The translations under genes were made by a program, and so were the position numbers. A stretch of 42,843 nucleotides of DNA from an uncultured Bacilli bacterium. GTDB taxonomy: Bacteria > Bacillota_I > Bacilli_A > RF39 > UBA660. Numbering within the stretch: position 1 is the first letter of the stretch; the number at the start of each line of letters is the position of its first letter. Shown here piece by piece: positions 1 through 9,774 of the stretch. The stretch spans positions 1 to 42,843 of the forward strand of contig CALVQS010000002.1 in NCBI GenBank assembly GCA_944358165.1, read 5' to 3'. Under the pieces are notes generated by a model. It had not been told where the DNA came from, searched no databases, and was given only the letters and a program-made list of their open reading frames with translations.

Positions 1-143
1 AAAACTTGACAAATAAAAACTAGATAAAATCTAGCTTTATTGGATATTTACAAAAATTCAACTGCAAAACTCGGGAGACTAAACTCTAATCTTTTATTTT
101 GCATTTTTTTAACAGAAAATCAAAAGCGAAAGAAAATTATTTA

Positions 144-172
144 TTTACTTTTAAGGTTCAAAATGCTATGAT
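144..172 (+). promoter_or_regulatory. putative sigma-A promoter for ftsY (TTTACT, 17-nt spacer, TGcTATGAT extended -10)
   Basis: Hexamers read by eye about 30 nt upstream of the ftsY ATG. Confidence 0.4.
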
Positions 173-199
173 GATATAAATAAGAAAGAAGGAACAAAC

Positions 200-1189
200 A
201 TGGGATTATTTGATAAATTTAAAAAAGTTTTTGCTAAAAAAGGAGAAAACAAAGAAGATGCAGTTGTATATGAAAAAGGTCTTGAAAAAACAAGAAAAGA
301 ATTTGTAAATGAATTAAGTATTTTAGGACATAAATATACCAAAGTAAGTGAAGAATATTTTGATGAATTAGAAAATATTTTAATTATGGCAGATATAGGT
401 GTAAATACTGTAATGACGTTTTTAGACCGATTAAAGTCAAGAGTAAAAAAAGAAAATATCACTGATACCAAATATTTACAAGAAGTAATTGTTGATGAAT
501 TATTTATTATTTATGTAAGTGGTGAATCATTAAGTGACAAGATAAATATGAATCCTAATGGCCCAACTGTAATATTAATGGTTGGTGTAAATGGAGTAGG
601 GAAAACAACAACGATTGCAAAACTTGCTTATAAATATAAAAAAGAAGGGAAAAGTGTAATGATGATCGCTGGCGACACTTTCCGAGCTGGAGCAGTTCCT
701 CAATTAAAAGAATGGGCAGAAAAAACAGGATCTTTATTTTATGGGAAAGAAAATACAGACCCAGCAGGAGTTATTTATGATGGTTTAGTAAAAGCAAAAG
801 AAGAAAATGTTGATATTGTTTTAGTAGATACTGCCGGACGTCTTCAAAATAAAGTAAACTTAATGAAAGAATTAGAAAAAATAAACAAAGTAATTGGGAC
901 TCATATTAAAGGAGCACCTCAAGAAACATTACTTGTAATTGATGCATCAACTGGTCAAAATGGTATTTTACAAGCCGAAAGTTTTAAAGAAATCACCAAT
1001 ATTACAGGAATTGTTTTAACCAAACTAGATGGTACAGCCAAAGGAGGAATCGTTCTAGCTATAAAAGAAAGTGTAAACATACCTGTTAAGTTTATTGGTC
1101 TAGGCGAGAAGATGGAAGATTTAAAACCATTTGATATAGAAAATTATATCTATGGCTTATTCAAGGATATGATTGATGATGGAAAATAG
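200..1189 (+). CDS. ftsY: signal recognition particle receptor FtsY
   Basis: 329-aa ORF with SRP-GTPase motifs GVNGVGKTTT (G1), DTAGR (G3) and TKLDG (G4); GAAGGA RBS upstream. Confidence 0.95.
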   Translation: MGLFDKFKKVFAKKGENKEDAVVYEKGLEKTRKEFVNELSILGHKYTKVSEEYFDELENILIMADIGVNTVMTFLDRLKSRVKKENITDTKYLQEVIVDELFIIYVSGESLSDKINMNPNGPTVILMVGVNGVGKTTTIAKLAYKYKKEGKSVMMIAGDTFRAGAVPQLKEWAEKTGSLFYGKENTDPAGVIYDGLVKAKEENVDIVLVDTAGRLQNKVNLMKELEKINKVIGTHIKGAPQETLLVIDASTGQNGILQAESFKEITNITGIVLTKLDGTAKGGIVLAIKESVNIPVKFIGLGEKMEDLKPFDIENYIYGLFKDMIDDGK

Positions 1190-1466
1190 AGAATACTTAA
1201 ATTCTTTATTTGATATATATAAAGATTTATTAACAAAGATTGAACAAGATACTTTTATGGATTATTATATGGAAGATTTATCTTTACAAGAAATCGCTGA
1301 TAATAGAAATATTTCAAAAAGTAGTGTAGGAAAAACGTTAAAAAGTGCAACCGAAAAACTTGAAGAATATGAAAGAATACTACATATTGAAAAGAAGAAG
1401 AATCAAATAAAAGAAGCATTACAAAGAAAAGACTATGCTAAAATAGCAAAAATAATAGAAATGTAA
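1173..1466 (+). CDS. ylxM: YlxM/UPF0122-family small helix-turn-helix protein
   Basis: 97-aa ORF overlapping the ftsY 3' end; HTH segment LSLQEIADNRNISKSSVGKTL; classic position next to SRP genes; three consecutive ATGs, so the exact start is uncertain. Confidence 0.8.
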   Translation: MMMENREYLNSLFDIYKDLLTKIEQDTFMDYYMEDLSLQEIADNRNISKSSVGKTLKSATEKLEEYERILHIEKKKNQIKEALQRKDYAKIAKIIEM

Positions 1467-1473
1467 ACTAAAA

Positions 1474-1508
1474 AATAGTAGCAATTGCAAATGTTACTAT
1501 TTTATTTT
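1474..1508 (+). terminator. intrinsic terminator after ylxM
   Basis: aatagtagca / tgttactatt stem (one G-U pair), 8-nt loop, followed by a T-rich run. Confidence 0.65.
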
Positions 1509-1531
1509 ATAATTAACAATAGGGTGATACT

Positions 1532-2086
1532 ATGAAAGTATTAAAATTTATAACATCAATTATTCAGAAGATAATTAGTCTTATAAATATTGTATTAATT
1601 ATTGTAATTGTTTTAAATTTATTTAATTTAATATTATCAAAAGTCCAAGATAATAGTTATATTACATTCTTAGATTATACATATCGAATAATAGAAGAAA
1701 ACGATGAACAGTTCAATTTAAAAAAAGGAGATTTTGTTTTATTTGATTTAAAAAGAACTCCTGAAGAAGAAGAGTTAGTATTATTTAATAACAATGGAAC
1801 AGTTGAATTAGGTAAAGTAACTGAAATAGCTTACGAAGGATTAACCATTGAAACAAAAGAAGATGATATTTTTACCAAGAATGATCAAGTTTTAGGGACA
1901 AATATTAAAACAATTCATAATCTTGGAGATGTAATAACCAGACTTTTATCAACTAGAGTTTTAACAGTAGCAATTATTATAATTGTATTTACAAGTATTA
2001 TGCAGTATATTTTAAATAAAGCTCAAAATAAAATTAAAAAGAAAACAGAAAAGCCGGATTTTAAAAGCTTCAATAATCCTGTTTAA
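1532..2086 (+). CDS. membrane protein with SipW-like (type I signal peptidase, ER/archaeal type) size and topology but no visible catalytic motif
   Basis: 184 aa with N- and C-terminal hydrophobic helices flanking a roughly 110-aa soluble domain; GGGTGA RBS; no SGSMxP-like serine box seen. Confidence 0.55.
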   Translation: MKVLKFITSIIQKIISLINIVLIIVIVLNLFNLILSKVQDNSYITFLDYTYRIIEENDEQFNLKKGDFVLFDLKRTPEEEELVLFNNNGTVELGKVTEIAYEGLTIETKEDDIFTKNDQVLGTNIKTIHNLGDVITRLLSTRVLTVAIIIIVFTSIMQYILNKAQNKIKKKTEKPDFKSFNNPV

Positions 2087-2116
2087 GGCAAAGTGCAAAC
2101 TTTGTCTTTATTTTTT
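2087..2116 (+). terminator. intrinsic terminator
   Basis: ggcaaagt / actttgtc stem (one wobble), 4-nt loop, then tttatttttt. Confidence 0.65.
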
Positions 2117-2169
2117 GTAAAATTTGTAGTAAAATGGTATCCTGTACGTTTGATGGAGGGAAGATTTAT

Positions 2170-3576
2170 ATGAAAAAAACAAAAATTATATGTAGTATAG
2201 GACCTGCTACAAACACAAAAGATGTATTTAAAGAACTAGTTCATGCTGGAATGAATGTTGCTAGAGTAAACTTTTCTCATGCAACGATTGAAGAAAGAGA
2301 AACAGTTCGTGACTTAGTAGCGTGGATTAATGAAGAAGAAAATCATAATATTGGTTTATTATATGATACAAAAGGCCCAGAATTTCGAAATGGCGAAGTA
2401 GAAGAAGGCGGAATTAATTTAGTTCCTGGAAATACCATTCGTGTTGTAAAAGAAACGGTGATTGGTAATGATGAACGTTTTAGTGTAAACCATCCAGAAG
2501 CATTAGATAGTTTAAGCATTGGAAGTATCATTCAATTAGAAAATGGTTTAATGAAAATTGAAGTAATCAGCAAAGAAAGTGATGGAGTTACTTGCAAAGT
2601 TATCAATGGTGGAAATTTAGGAAGCAAAAAAAGCTTATTTGTTCCTGGTGTAAAATTAGATATTCCATTTATTAGTGATGTTGATAAAGAAGATATTATT
2701 TATGCTTGCAAAAACAATGGTGATTTTCTAGCTTTATCATTTGTATCGACCAAAGAAGATGTTCTTGCAGCAAGAAAAATTATTGAAGAACAAAATAGTA
2801 ATATGAAAATTATTGCTAAAATTGAAAGTAAAACCGGAATTGATAATTTAGATGAAATTTTAGAAGTAAGTGATGGTGTTATGGTTGCTCGTGGGGATCT
2901 TGGTGAGGAAGTTCCAATTTCTCTATTACCAGTATATCAAAAGCTAATTGTTAGAAAAGCAAGAGAACATGGGAAATTCTGTATTGTTGCAACCGAAATG
3001 CTCGAAAGCATGAAAAAGAATTCAAGACCAACTCGTGCTGAAGTAACCGATGTTGCCAATGCGGTCTTAGACGGAACGGATGCCGTAATGTTAAGTGGAG
3101 AAACAACAGTTGGTTCATACCCAGTTGAAACGGTAAAATATATGGCAAGTATTGCAAGTGATGCCGAAGAACATAGTGCTACTCATTTTGGCTATTTAGG
3201 AAAAATTGGTCGTACAGAATGTATTGCTAAAAGTGCGGTAGACTTAACAAATTATGTAGATGTAAAAGCGATTGTTGCCGAAGCAATCAGTGGATACAGC
3301 ACTCGTATGATTAGTAATTTTAGACCAAACTGTCCAATTTTAGCAACCTGTACAACGAAAGAAGTAGCAAGAAGTCTAGCATTAAACTATGGTGTATACA
3401 CAACACTTGTTCCACTTATGGACGATACAGATGAACTAGTAAAATTAGTAAAAGAAAAAGCAATTGATTATTTCAAATTAGAAAATGAAGATAAGATTAT
3501 TATCACTGGTGGACTTCCACCTGTAAACAACGTTCGTTTAACAAACTTCTTAAAAATTGAAGAAATTGTAAAGTAA
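2170..3576 (+). CDS. pyk: pyruvate kinase
   Basis: Motifs KIICSIGPA, NVARVNFSH, MVARGDLGEE and ATEMLESM; start moved from 2134 to ATG 2170, which follows a GGAGGG RBS. Confidence 0.95.
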   Translation: MKKTKIICSIGPATNTKDVFKELVHAGMNVARVNFSHATIEERETVRDLVAWINEEENHNIGLLYDTKGPEFRNGEVEEGGINLVPGNTIRVVKETVIGNDERFSVNHPEALDSLSIGSIIQLENGLMKIEVISKESDGVTCKVINGGNLGSKKSLFVPGVKLDIPFISDVDKEDIIYACKNNGDFLALSFVSTKEDVLAARKIIEEQNSNMKIIAKIESKTGIDNLDEILEVSDGVMVARGDLGEEVPISLLPVYQKLIVRKAREHGKFCIVATEMLESMKKNSRPTRAEVTDVANAVLDGTDAVMLSGETTVGSYPVETVKYMASIASDAEEHSATHFGYLGKIGRTECIAKSAVDLTNYVDVKAIVAEAISGYSTRMISNFRPNCPILATCTTKEVARSLALNYGVYTTLVPLMDDTDELVKLVKEKAIDYFKLENEDKIIITGGLPPVNNVRLTNFLKIEEIVK

Positions 3577-3642
3577 GATAAAAAAACTTACTTTTTTCTT
3601 GTCTAAAATCAAAAGTTTCATATATAATGAAAAAAAGAGGGA

Positions 3643-4128
3643 ATGAAAATGGATATTAATTTTAAATGTGAAAGCTATACTTTTAATTTACGTGTCGCTG
3701 CCCTAATTAGGTATGAAAACAAAATATTAGTAGAACAAAATACGGATGTGGATTATTATGGGTTAGTTGGAGGAAGATGTAAACTTGGAGAAGATAGTAT
3801 AACTGCCATAAAAAGAGAAATAAAGGAAGAAACAGGCGAAGATACAGAATATATAAGAAGTGTTGGGATCATTGAAAACTTTTTTACTTCCAGATACACC
3901 AATAGTCCTTATCATGAAATTTTAATCATTCATGAGTTAAAATTTAAAAATCCCAAAGTTTATCAAAAAGAAAAATTTATAAACAAAGAAGAGCCAAAAA
4001 AAGCCAAGTTTTATTGGAAAGAAATAGCAAGCCTAAAAAAATGTAAACCTGAAATTGTTTTTCGTCATTTACTAGACAAAGAATTCTTTCATATTATAAA
4101 TAAAGAAGAAAAATACGAGCAAGAATGA
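3643..4128 (+). CDS. Nudix hydrolase
   Basis: Nudix box GGRCKLGEDSITAIKREIKEETG in a 161-aa ORF. Confidence 0.9.
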   Translation: MKMDINFKCESYTFNLRVAALIRYENKILVEQNTDVDYYGLVGGRCKLGEDSITAIKREIKEETGEDTEYIRSVGIIENFFTSRYTNSPYHEILIIHELKFKNPKVYQKEKFINKEEPKKAKFYWKEIASLKKCKPEIVFRHLLDKEFFHIINKEEKYEQE

Positions 4129-4148
4129 ATAATCTTGTTCTTTTTTTT
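4117..4148 (+). terminator. intrinsic terminator after the Nudix gene
   Basis: 8-bp stem gagcaaga / tcttgttc (one G-U pair) enclosing the stop codon, followed by 8 T. Confidence 0.7.
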
Positions 4149-4182
4149 ACATATTTAGAATAGAATGAATTGGAGGCATTTT

Positions 4183-6321
4183 ATGTTTAATAATTTTGGA
4201 TTTATAGGTAGTGTTCTTTTAAAACAAGCAGAAAAAGAAAGAGAAGAATTATCTCATCCTTATGTTGGAAGCGAACACTTATTATTAGCAATTCTAAAAA
4301 GAGATAGTATAATTAAGGAAACTCTAGAAGAAGCAGGTTTAACATACCAAAAATTTCGTGAAGAACTAATTCATATTGTAGGTATTCCCAAAAAGAACAT
4401 AGAAGTAAATTTATATACACCTTTATTAAAAAGAATTTTATCAAATGCTTTAAGTGATGCCAGAGAAAACAACAAAGGAATTGTAACGGAAAGTCATTTA
4501 TTAGTGGCCATGCTAGATGAAGGAGAAGGAATTGCCATCCGTATTATGATTGGACTTGGCATTGATTTAGATGAATTATATGATGAATTAAAAGTAAAAC
4601 CAGAAGATATCAAAAAAGAAAAACTAGAAATTTTTAATGTTGGAAGAGTGCTAAATGAGAGAGTTACAGAATTTGATCAAGTAATTGGCCGTGAAAAAGA
4701 ACTCGATCTTGTAATGGAAAGTTTACTGCGTAAGAAAAAAAGCAATCCTTTACTAATCGGTCCAGCAGGAGTAGGAAAAACAGCCATTGTGGAAGAACTT
4801 GCCCGAAGAATCACCGAAAAAAATGTACCATATCCATTATTAAATAAAAAAATTATTGAACTACCAATGGGGGATTTAGTAAGTGGTACAAAATATCGTG
4901 GTGAATTTGAAGAAAGATTAACCAAAATTATTAAAGAAGTAATCAAAAATAAAAACATTATTCTTTTTATTGATGAAATTCATACAATGGTAAATGCTGG
5001 TGGAGCAGAAGGGGCAATTAATGCTGGAGATATATTAAAACCATATTTAGCAAGAGGAGATTTAAAAGTAATTGGTGCAACAACTACGGAAGAATATGAA
5101 AAATTTATTGCTAAAGACAAAGCCTTAGAAAGAAGATTTGAAACAATTATTGTAAAAGAACCAACCCTAGAAGAAACAAAAGAAATCTTACTTGGTTTAA
5201 AGTCTAGTTATGAACATCATCATAATATAAAAATTAGTGACAAAAACATAGAAGACATCATAAATTTATCAAACCGTTATTTATTTCAAAAGAAAAATCC
5301 AGATAAAGCAATCGACCTACTAGACAGTGTTTGTGCTTATGTAAAAAGAAAAAATACAAGTAAAGAAAAGTTAATGAATTATGAAAAAAAATTAAAGGAA
5401 CTAACCAAAGAAAAAGAAAAGTATGTTAAGGAAAACGCATTTGATAAAGCTTTAGAAAGTTGTTTAGAAATAAGTGAAATAGAAAATAAGATATTGAACT
5501 TAAAAGAAAAGAAAGAAGATGAAATAACAAAAGATGACATTTTAAAAGTAATTGAACACAAAAGCAACATTCCACTCTTCATCAATAAAGAAGAATTATT
5601 AAATAAAATAAAAAAAGAATTACATGCAAAAATTCTTTATGAAGATGGATCTTTAAACAGGATTATAGAAAACTTAAAAGCTTATTACGAAACCGAAGAG
5701 AGCATCAAACTTTTATTAGTAGGGCCAAGTGGTGTAGGAAAAACTTCCTGTATCAAAATATTAAGTGATGTAACCAAAACAAATTTAATTCGTCTCGATA
5801 TGAGTGAATATAAAGAAGCATCAAGTATTAGTAAATTAATTGGCTCTCATGCTGGATATGTTGGCTATGATGATCCTTTTATCTTTAAAGAAATCAAATA
5901 TAATCCATACTCTATTATTTTAGTAGATGAATTAGAAAAAGCTCATCCAAGTATTATTAATTTATTTTTACAAATTATGGATGAAGGAATAATTCATGAT
6001 TCACATGGTGAAGCACTCGATTTTTCTCATGCCCTTATTATTATGACATCAAATGCTTATAAGAATAATAATGTTGGTTTCATGAAAGAAGAAAAAGAAA
6101 ATTTAACAGAATATTTCAGTGAAGAATTTTTAGGAAGATTTGATGATTTTATTTTCTTTAAAAGCATAAGTAAAAAAGAAGCATTAGAATATTTAAAAGA
6201 AAAAATAAAGGATAACAACCAAAATTATGAAAAACTATTAAATGATGCATCCTACCAAAAATATGGATTTCGCTACTTAAATAAAATAGTAAGTAAATAT
6301 AAGTTAAAAATAAGCAATTAA
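4183..6321 (+). CDS. clpC: ClpC-like class III stress AAA+ ATPase (Clp protease ATP-binding subunit)
   Basis: Clp N-domain repeats (GSEHLLLAIL, TESHLLVAML); two AAA+ modules (GPAGVGKTA with ILFIDEIH, GPSGVGKTS with IILVDELEKA); VGF ClpP-docking tripeptide; start moved to ATG 4183 behind GGAGG. Confidence 0.9.
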   Translation: MFNNFGFIGSVLLKQAEKEREELSHPYVGSEHLLLAILKRDSIIKETLEEAGLTYQKFREELIHIVGIPKKNIEVNLYTPLLKRILSNALSDARENNKGIVTESHLLVAMLDEGEGIAIRIMIGLGIDLDELYDELKVKPEDIKKEKLEIFNVGRVLNERVTEFDQVIGREKELDLVMESLLRKKKSNPLLIGPAGVGKTAIVEELARRITEKNVPYPLLNKKIIELPMGDLVSGTKYRGEFEERLTKIIKEVIKNKNIILFIDEIHTMVNAGGAEGAINAGDILKPYLARGDLKVIGATTTEEYEKFIAKDKALERRFETIIVKEPTLEETKEILLGLKSSYEHHHNIKISDKNIEDIINLSNRYLFQKKNPDKAIDLLDSVCAYVKRKNTSKEKLMNYEKKLKELTKEKEKYVKENAFDKALESCLEISEIENKILNLKEKKEDEITKDDILKVIEHKSNIPLFINKEELLNKIKKELHAKILYEDGSLNRIIENLKAYYETEESIKLLLVGPSGVGKTSCIKILSDVTKTNLIRLDMSEYKEASSISKLIGSHAGYVGYDDPFIFKEIKYNPYSIILVDELEKAHPSIINLFLQIMDEGIIHDSHGEALDFSHALIIMTSNAYKNNNVGFMKEEKENLTEYFSEEFLGRFDDFIFFKSISKKEALEYLKEKIKDNNQNYEKLLNDASYQKYGFRYLNKIVSKYKLKISN

Positions 6322-6337
6322 AAAAAGGCAATAAGCC

Positions 6338-7195
6338 TTAGATTCCTAAATCAAATTTCATTTGGGGATTTTTTTCTTTTACAAGTTTTCTTGGATATCC
6401 TTCAATTTTAATATCGTCTTGAGTAAAATCATAAAAATTTTGTTTTTCAGGATTTAACCATACGGTTGGATTACAATCAATTGGTTCTCTTTCTAACATT
6501 TCATGAGCTTGCTCTATATGACGGTCATAAATTTGAATATTGTCATAAAACCATGTAAATCTTCCTGGTGTATATCCACAATGTCTAGCCACTAAATAAA
6601 GGAAAACTAAATATTGTACTTGATTAATACAACCAGCTGTTAAAAAATCACTACTTCTTTGTTTTAAACTCATATCCAAATAAGTGATGCCATCTTTTCC
6701 ATGTCTTACGTTAAATACGGTATTATAAGCACAAGGCTTTAATCCATGAGGTTCTAAAAAATCATCTTCTTGCCATAAGTTAATGATATGTCTTCTTCCG
6801 TCTGGATCATTTTTGAGTCCATCAAGTAAATTTTTCATCAAGTTGTGTCTGCGAACCGTCTCGCCATAACAAGTACCAATGGTCCTGTTACCGATATCCC
6901 ATTCATCCCACCAAGTAACACCATATTTATCTGCTAACACATCCAAGTTATTAGATTCGTCTTGATAAATCCATAAAAGTTCTCCGATCGCACTTTTAAC
7001 AGCAATTGGCCTAAGAGTAATTAAAGGACTTTCACCCTTTGTTAAATCATAAGTACACATCCCATGATTAACACTAAGAGTATGAGCCGGTACTCCATCA
7101 CTATATTTTGGCCTAGGATTAACATCTAGACAACCCTCATTTAATATTCTTTCAATAATTTCTTTGGTATATTGATCACCTTTCGTTCCGTGCAT
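6338..7195 (-). CDS. thyA: thymidylate synthase (ThyA type)
   Basis: 285 aa; catalytic Cys in LKPCAY; RRHIINLW; QRSSD; substrate-specifying Asn retained (CINQVQY). Confidence 0.95.
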   Translation of the reverse strand: MHGTKGDQYTKEIIERILNEGCLDVNPRPKYSDGVPAHTLSVNHGMCTYDLTKGESPLITLRPIAVKSAIGELLWIYQDESNNLDVLADKYGVTWWDEWDIGNRTIGTCYGETVRRHNLMKNLLDGLKNDPDGRRHIINLWQEDDFLEPHGLKPCAYNTVFNVRHGKDGITYLDMSLKQRSSDFLTAGCINQVQYLVFLYLVARHCGYTPGRFTWFYDNIQIYDRHIEQAHEMLEREPIDCNPTVWLNPEKQNFYDFTQDDIKIEGYPRKLVKEKNPQMKFDLGI

Positions 7196-7362
7196 AACTT
7201 TACCTCCTTATTTTAATTATAAAATAATTAATTTAGAAGTCAATAAAAGAAAAAGATTCTATACATCAAAGAAAGAAAAAACTGGTAATTTTTAATGTAA
7301 ACCAATTGACATTTAATTTGCAAAGATTTTAAAAGCCTTTCTAATTTTATAATCAATGTTTA

Positions 7363-7391
7363 TTGACATTATCTTATTTATTGTGTAAATT
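7363..7391 (+). promoter_or_regulatory. putative promoter for folA (TTGACA, 17-nt spacer, TAAATT)
   Basis: Read by eye in the thyA/folA divergent intergenic region. Confidence 0.4.
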
Positions 7392-7406
7392 AAAGAGGGT
7401 GGTATT

Positions 7407-7892
7407 ATGCTTACATTAAAACTAATCGCAGCAATTGGAAAAAATAGAGAATTAGGAAAAGACAATGATTTAATTTGGCACTTAAAGGAAGATTTGAAAT
7501 TTTTTAGAGAAGAAACAACTGGTCATAAAATCGTCATGGGATACAATACTTTTCTATCACTTCCCAAACTTCTTCCAAATCGGGTGCACATTGTTTTAAC
7601 TCATCACCAAATTGATAATAAAGAAGTATTGGTATTTTCTGATTTTGCTAAATTATTAGAATATTTACAAACATTAGATGAAACAGTCTATGTGATTGGT
7701 GGAGCTTCCATTTATAAATTGTTTTTAAAGGAGGCAGATGAACTTGTTTTAACCGAAATTGATGCAAGCGAAAAAGCAGATGTTTATTTTCCAGATTTTA
7801 AAAAAGAGGAATACACAAAAAAGATCATTGATGAACAGGAAGAAAATGATATTCATTATAAACATGTAAGATATAGGAGGAAGAAAAAATGA
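7407..7892 (+). CDS. folA: dihydrofolate reductase
   Basis: 161 aa; DHFR motifs IAAIGKNRELG, LIWHL, IVMGYNTF and VIGGASIY. Confidence 0.9.
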   Translation: MLTLKLIAAIGKNRELGKDNDLIWHLKEDLKFFREETTGHKIVMGYNTFLSLPKLLPNRVHIVLTHHQIDNKEVLVFSDFAKLLEYLQTLDETVYVIGGASIYKLFLKEADELVLTEIDASEKADVYFPDFKKEEYTKKIIDEQEENDIHYKHVRYRRKKK

Positions 7893-8467
7893 AATCGAAG
7901 TGTATAATTGTTGAAGGACCACAAGGATGTGGAAAAACCCATTTAGTAAACTATTTAAGAGAAAATATTCCTGCATCAAATCTTTATCGTCTATCAGGTC
8001 AAAGAGATAAAAGCGAAAAAGGCAAAGAAAAAAGTAAAAAGATGTATTTTGCTTTATTAAATTATATGAAAGAGATAGAAGATAGTGATATAAATCTAGT
8101 TTTTGATCGTTTCTTTTTTACAGAAGAAGTATATTGTAAATTAGGATACAAAGATTATAGCTTTGATGATGTGTATGATAAATTATTAGAAATGCTAGGA
8201 AATTTAAATTACGATGTCTATTACATTTCTTTGTATTTAAAAGACGTAAGTATTTATGAAGTAAGATTAAAAAGAGAGCACCATAATTATCAAGAGTTTA
8301 GCCTAGACAATAGCATTAATCAACAAAACACATATGAATCTTTATTACATAATATCAAAAAATTAAAAAATACAAAAGTTTATGAAATAGCTGTAGATAA
8401 TTTTGACGAAGCATATAACGAAATTAATAAGATACTTGAGATAGTAAATAAAAAATTAGGAAGTTAA
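7889..8467 (+). CDS. P-loop nucleoside/nucleotide kinase-like protein (thymidylate-kinase/dNK fold)
   Basis: 192 aa; Walker A VEGPQGCGKTH; DRF motif (FDRFFFTEE) where Tmk/dNK enzymes carry DRY/ERS; 4-nt ATGA overlap with folA. Confidence 0.55.
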   Translation: MKSKCIIVEGPQGCGKTHLVNYLRENIPASNLYRLSGQRDKSEKGKEKSKKMYFALLNYMKEIEDSDINLVFDRFFFTEEVYCKLGYKDYSFDDVYDKLLEMLGNLNYDVYYISLYLKDVSIYEVRLKREHHNYQEFSLDNSINQQNTYESLLHNIKKLKNTKVYEIAVDNFDEAYNEINKILEIVNKKLGS

Positions 8468-8522
8468 AAATAATAGGCTTTCTTTTTTCATACACTTTAG
8501 TGTAAAGTAAAACAAGCATTTA

Positions 8523-8550
8523 TTGACAATTTCTTTTTAGATGATATACT
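8523..8550 (+). promoter_or_regulatory. putative promoter (TTGACA, 16-nt spacer, TGaTATACT extended -10)
   Basis: Read by eye about 40 nt upstream of the 8588 ORF. Confidence 0.5.
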
Positions 8551-8587
8551 AAAACTAGATAAATGTTTCTACATTTAGGAGGTATAA

Positions 8588-9766
8588 ATGAAAAATTTTA
8601 CAAATTACACAGTATATGACAAAAAAGAAGGATTACATGATGAAACCAAAGTAGCAAGAGGCGCCTTAGGTCATGATCCGGTAACAGGAGCAATCAGTTT
8701 TCCAATTTTCCAATCATCTACTTACCGGCATATTGGTATAAAAGAAAATACCAATTTCAATTACAGTCGTATTATCAACCCAACAAGAGAAGAATTTGAA
8801 CGAACAATGGCAATGTTAGATCATGGATATCGAGCTTTTGCGGTATCAAGTGGTATGGCTGCAACCTCTCTTGTTTTAACAATGTTAAAACCCAAAGAAC
8901 ACATTTTAGTATCGGATGATGTTTATGGAGGAACGGTTAGAGCTTGTGATGAAGTATTAAAATATAATAATGTGGAATACAATCAAGTAGATTTTACAAA
9001 TCTAGAAGAAGTAAAGAAAAATACAAAGCCAAATACCAAGATGATGTTTATTGAAACACCAACCAATCCAATGATGAAAGTAGCAGATATCGCCGAAATT
9101 TGTGAGTTTGCTCATTCGAAAGGAATTACCGTAGTAGTCGATAATACGTTCTTAACCAGCTATTATCAAAAGCCACTGGATCTAGGAGCAGACATAGTCG
9201 TTTATAGTGCAACCAAATATATTGCTGGTCACAATGATGTTTTAGCAGGTGTAGTTGTTGTAAAAACAAAAGAACAAGCCGATTACTTAAATCTGCAAAT
9301 GGCAATCTACGGTGCCTGCTTAGCTCCAATGGATTCATGGTTAGCCCTAAGAGGACTTAAAACTCTAGCAGTAAGAATGGATCGTCATAATGAAAATGCC
9401 AAGAAAATTGCAGAATTTTTACGAAATCATCCAAAAGTAAAAAAAGTATATTATGTGGGCTTTAAAGATCATCCCCAATATGATATTACTTTAAAGCAAA
9501 GTAAAGGTTTTGGTGGAATGATATCATTTGATTTAGGAGATATGGACACAGTAAATAAATTCTTAGAGAAAATCAATTTGATTTTATTCGCTGAAAGTTT
9601 AGGTGGAGTAGAAAGTCTAGTAACTCATCCAGCTACTCGTACTCATACAGAAGTTTCAAAAGAAGCAAGAGAAAAGCTTGGTATTACCGACACTTTACTT
9701 AGATTATCCGTTGGTATTGAGAATGTTGATGATTTAATCGAGGATATCAAACAAGCTTTAGAATAG
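8588..9766 (+). CDS. Cys/Met-metabolism PLP-dependent enzyme (cystathionine beta-lyase / gamma-synthase family)
   Basis: 392 aa; Schiff-base lysine context YSATKYIAGHND; family-typical FESLGGVESL near the C-terminus. Confidence 0.85.
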   Translation: MKNFTNYTVYDKKEGLHDETKVARGALGHDPVTGAISFPIFQSSTYRHIGIKENTNFNYSRIINPTREEFERTMAMLDHGYRAFAVSSGMAATSLVLTMLKPKEHILVSDDVYGGTVRACDEVLKYNNVEYNQVDFTNLEEVKKNTKPNTKMMFIETPTNPMMKVADIAEICEFAHSKGITVVVDNTFLTSYYQKPLDLGADIVVYSATKYIAGHNDVLAGVVVVKTKEQADYLNLQMAIYGACLAPMDSWLALRGLKTLAVRMDRHNENAKKIAEFLRNHPKVKKVYYVGFKDHPQYDITLKQSKGFGGMISFDLGDMDTVNKFLEKINLILFAESLGGVESLVTHPATRTHTEVSKEAREKLGITDTLLRLSVGIENVDDLIEDIKQALE

Positions 9767-9774
9767 GTGATGAT

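Noticed and set aside
2134-2169. Upstream starts offered by the six-frame track for pyk (2134), clpC (4165), the glycosyltransferase (27655) and PFOR (36769)
   Set aside because: In each case an internal start codon sits at the right distance from a GGAGG-like RBS and matches the family N-terminus. For PFOR, the extension also contains the likely promoter.
6338-7195. The thyA homologue might be a dCMP/dUMP hydroxymethylase for DNA hypermodification
   Set aside because: The substrate-specifying Asn (E. coli N177 equivalent, CINQVQY) is retained rather than replaced by Asp, and the gene is paired with folA as in normal thymidylate metabolism.
8468-8587. A T-box or SAM riboswitch upstream of the Cys/Met PLP enzyme gene
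   Set aside because: The putative promoter leaves a leader of only about 35 nt, too short for either element, and no specifier or antiterminator structure is visible.
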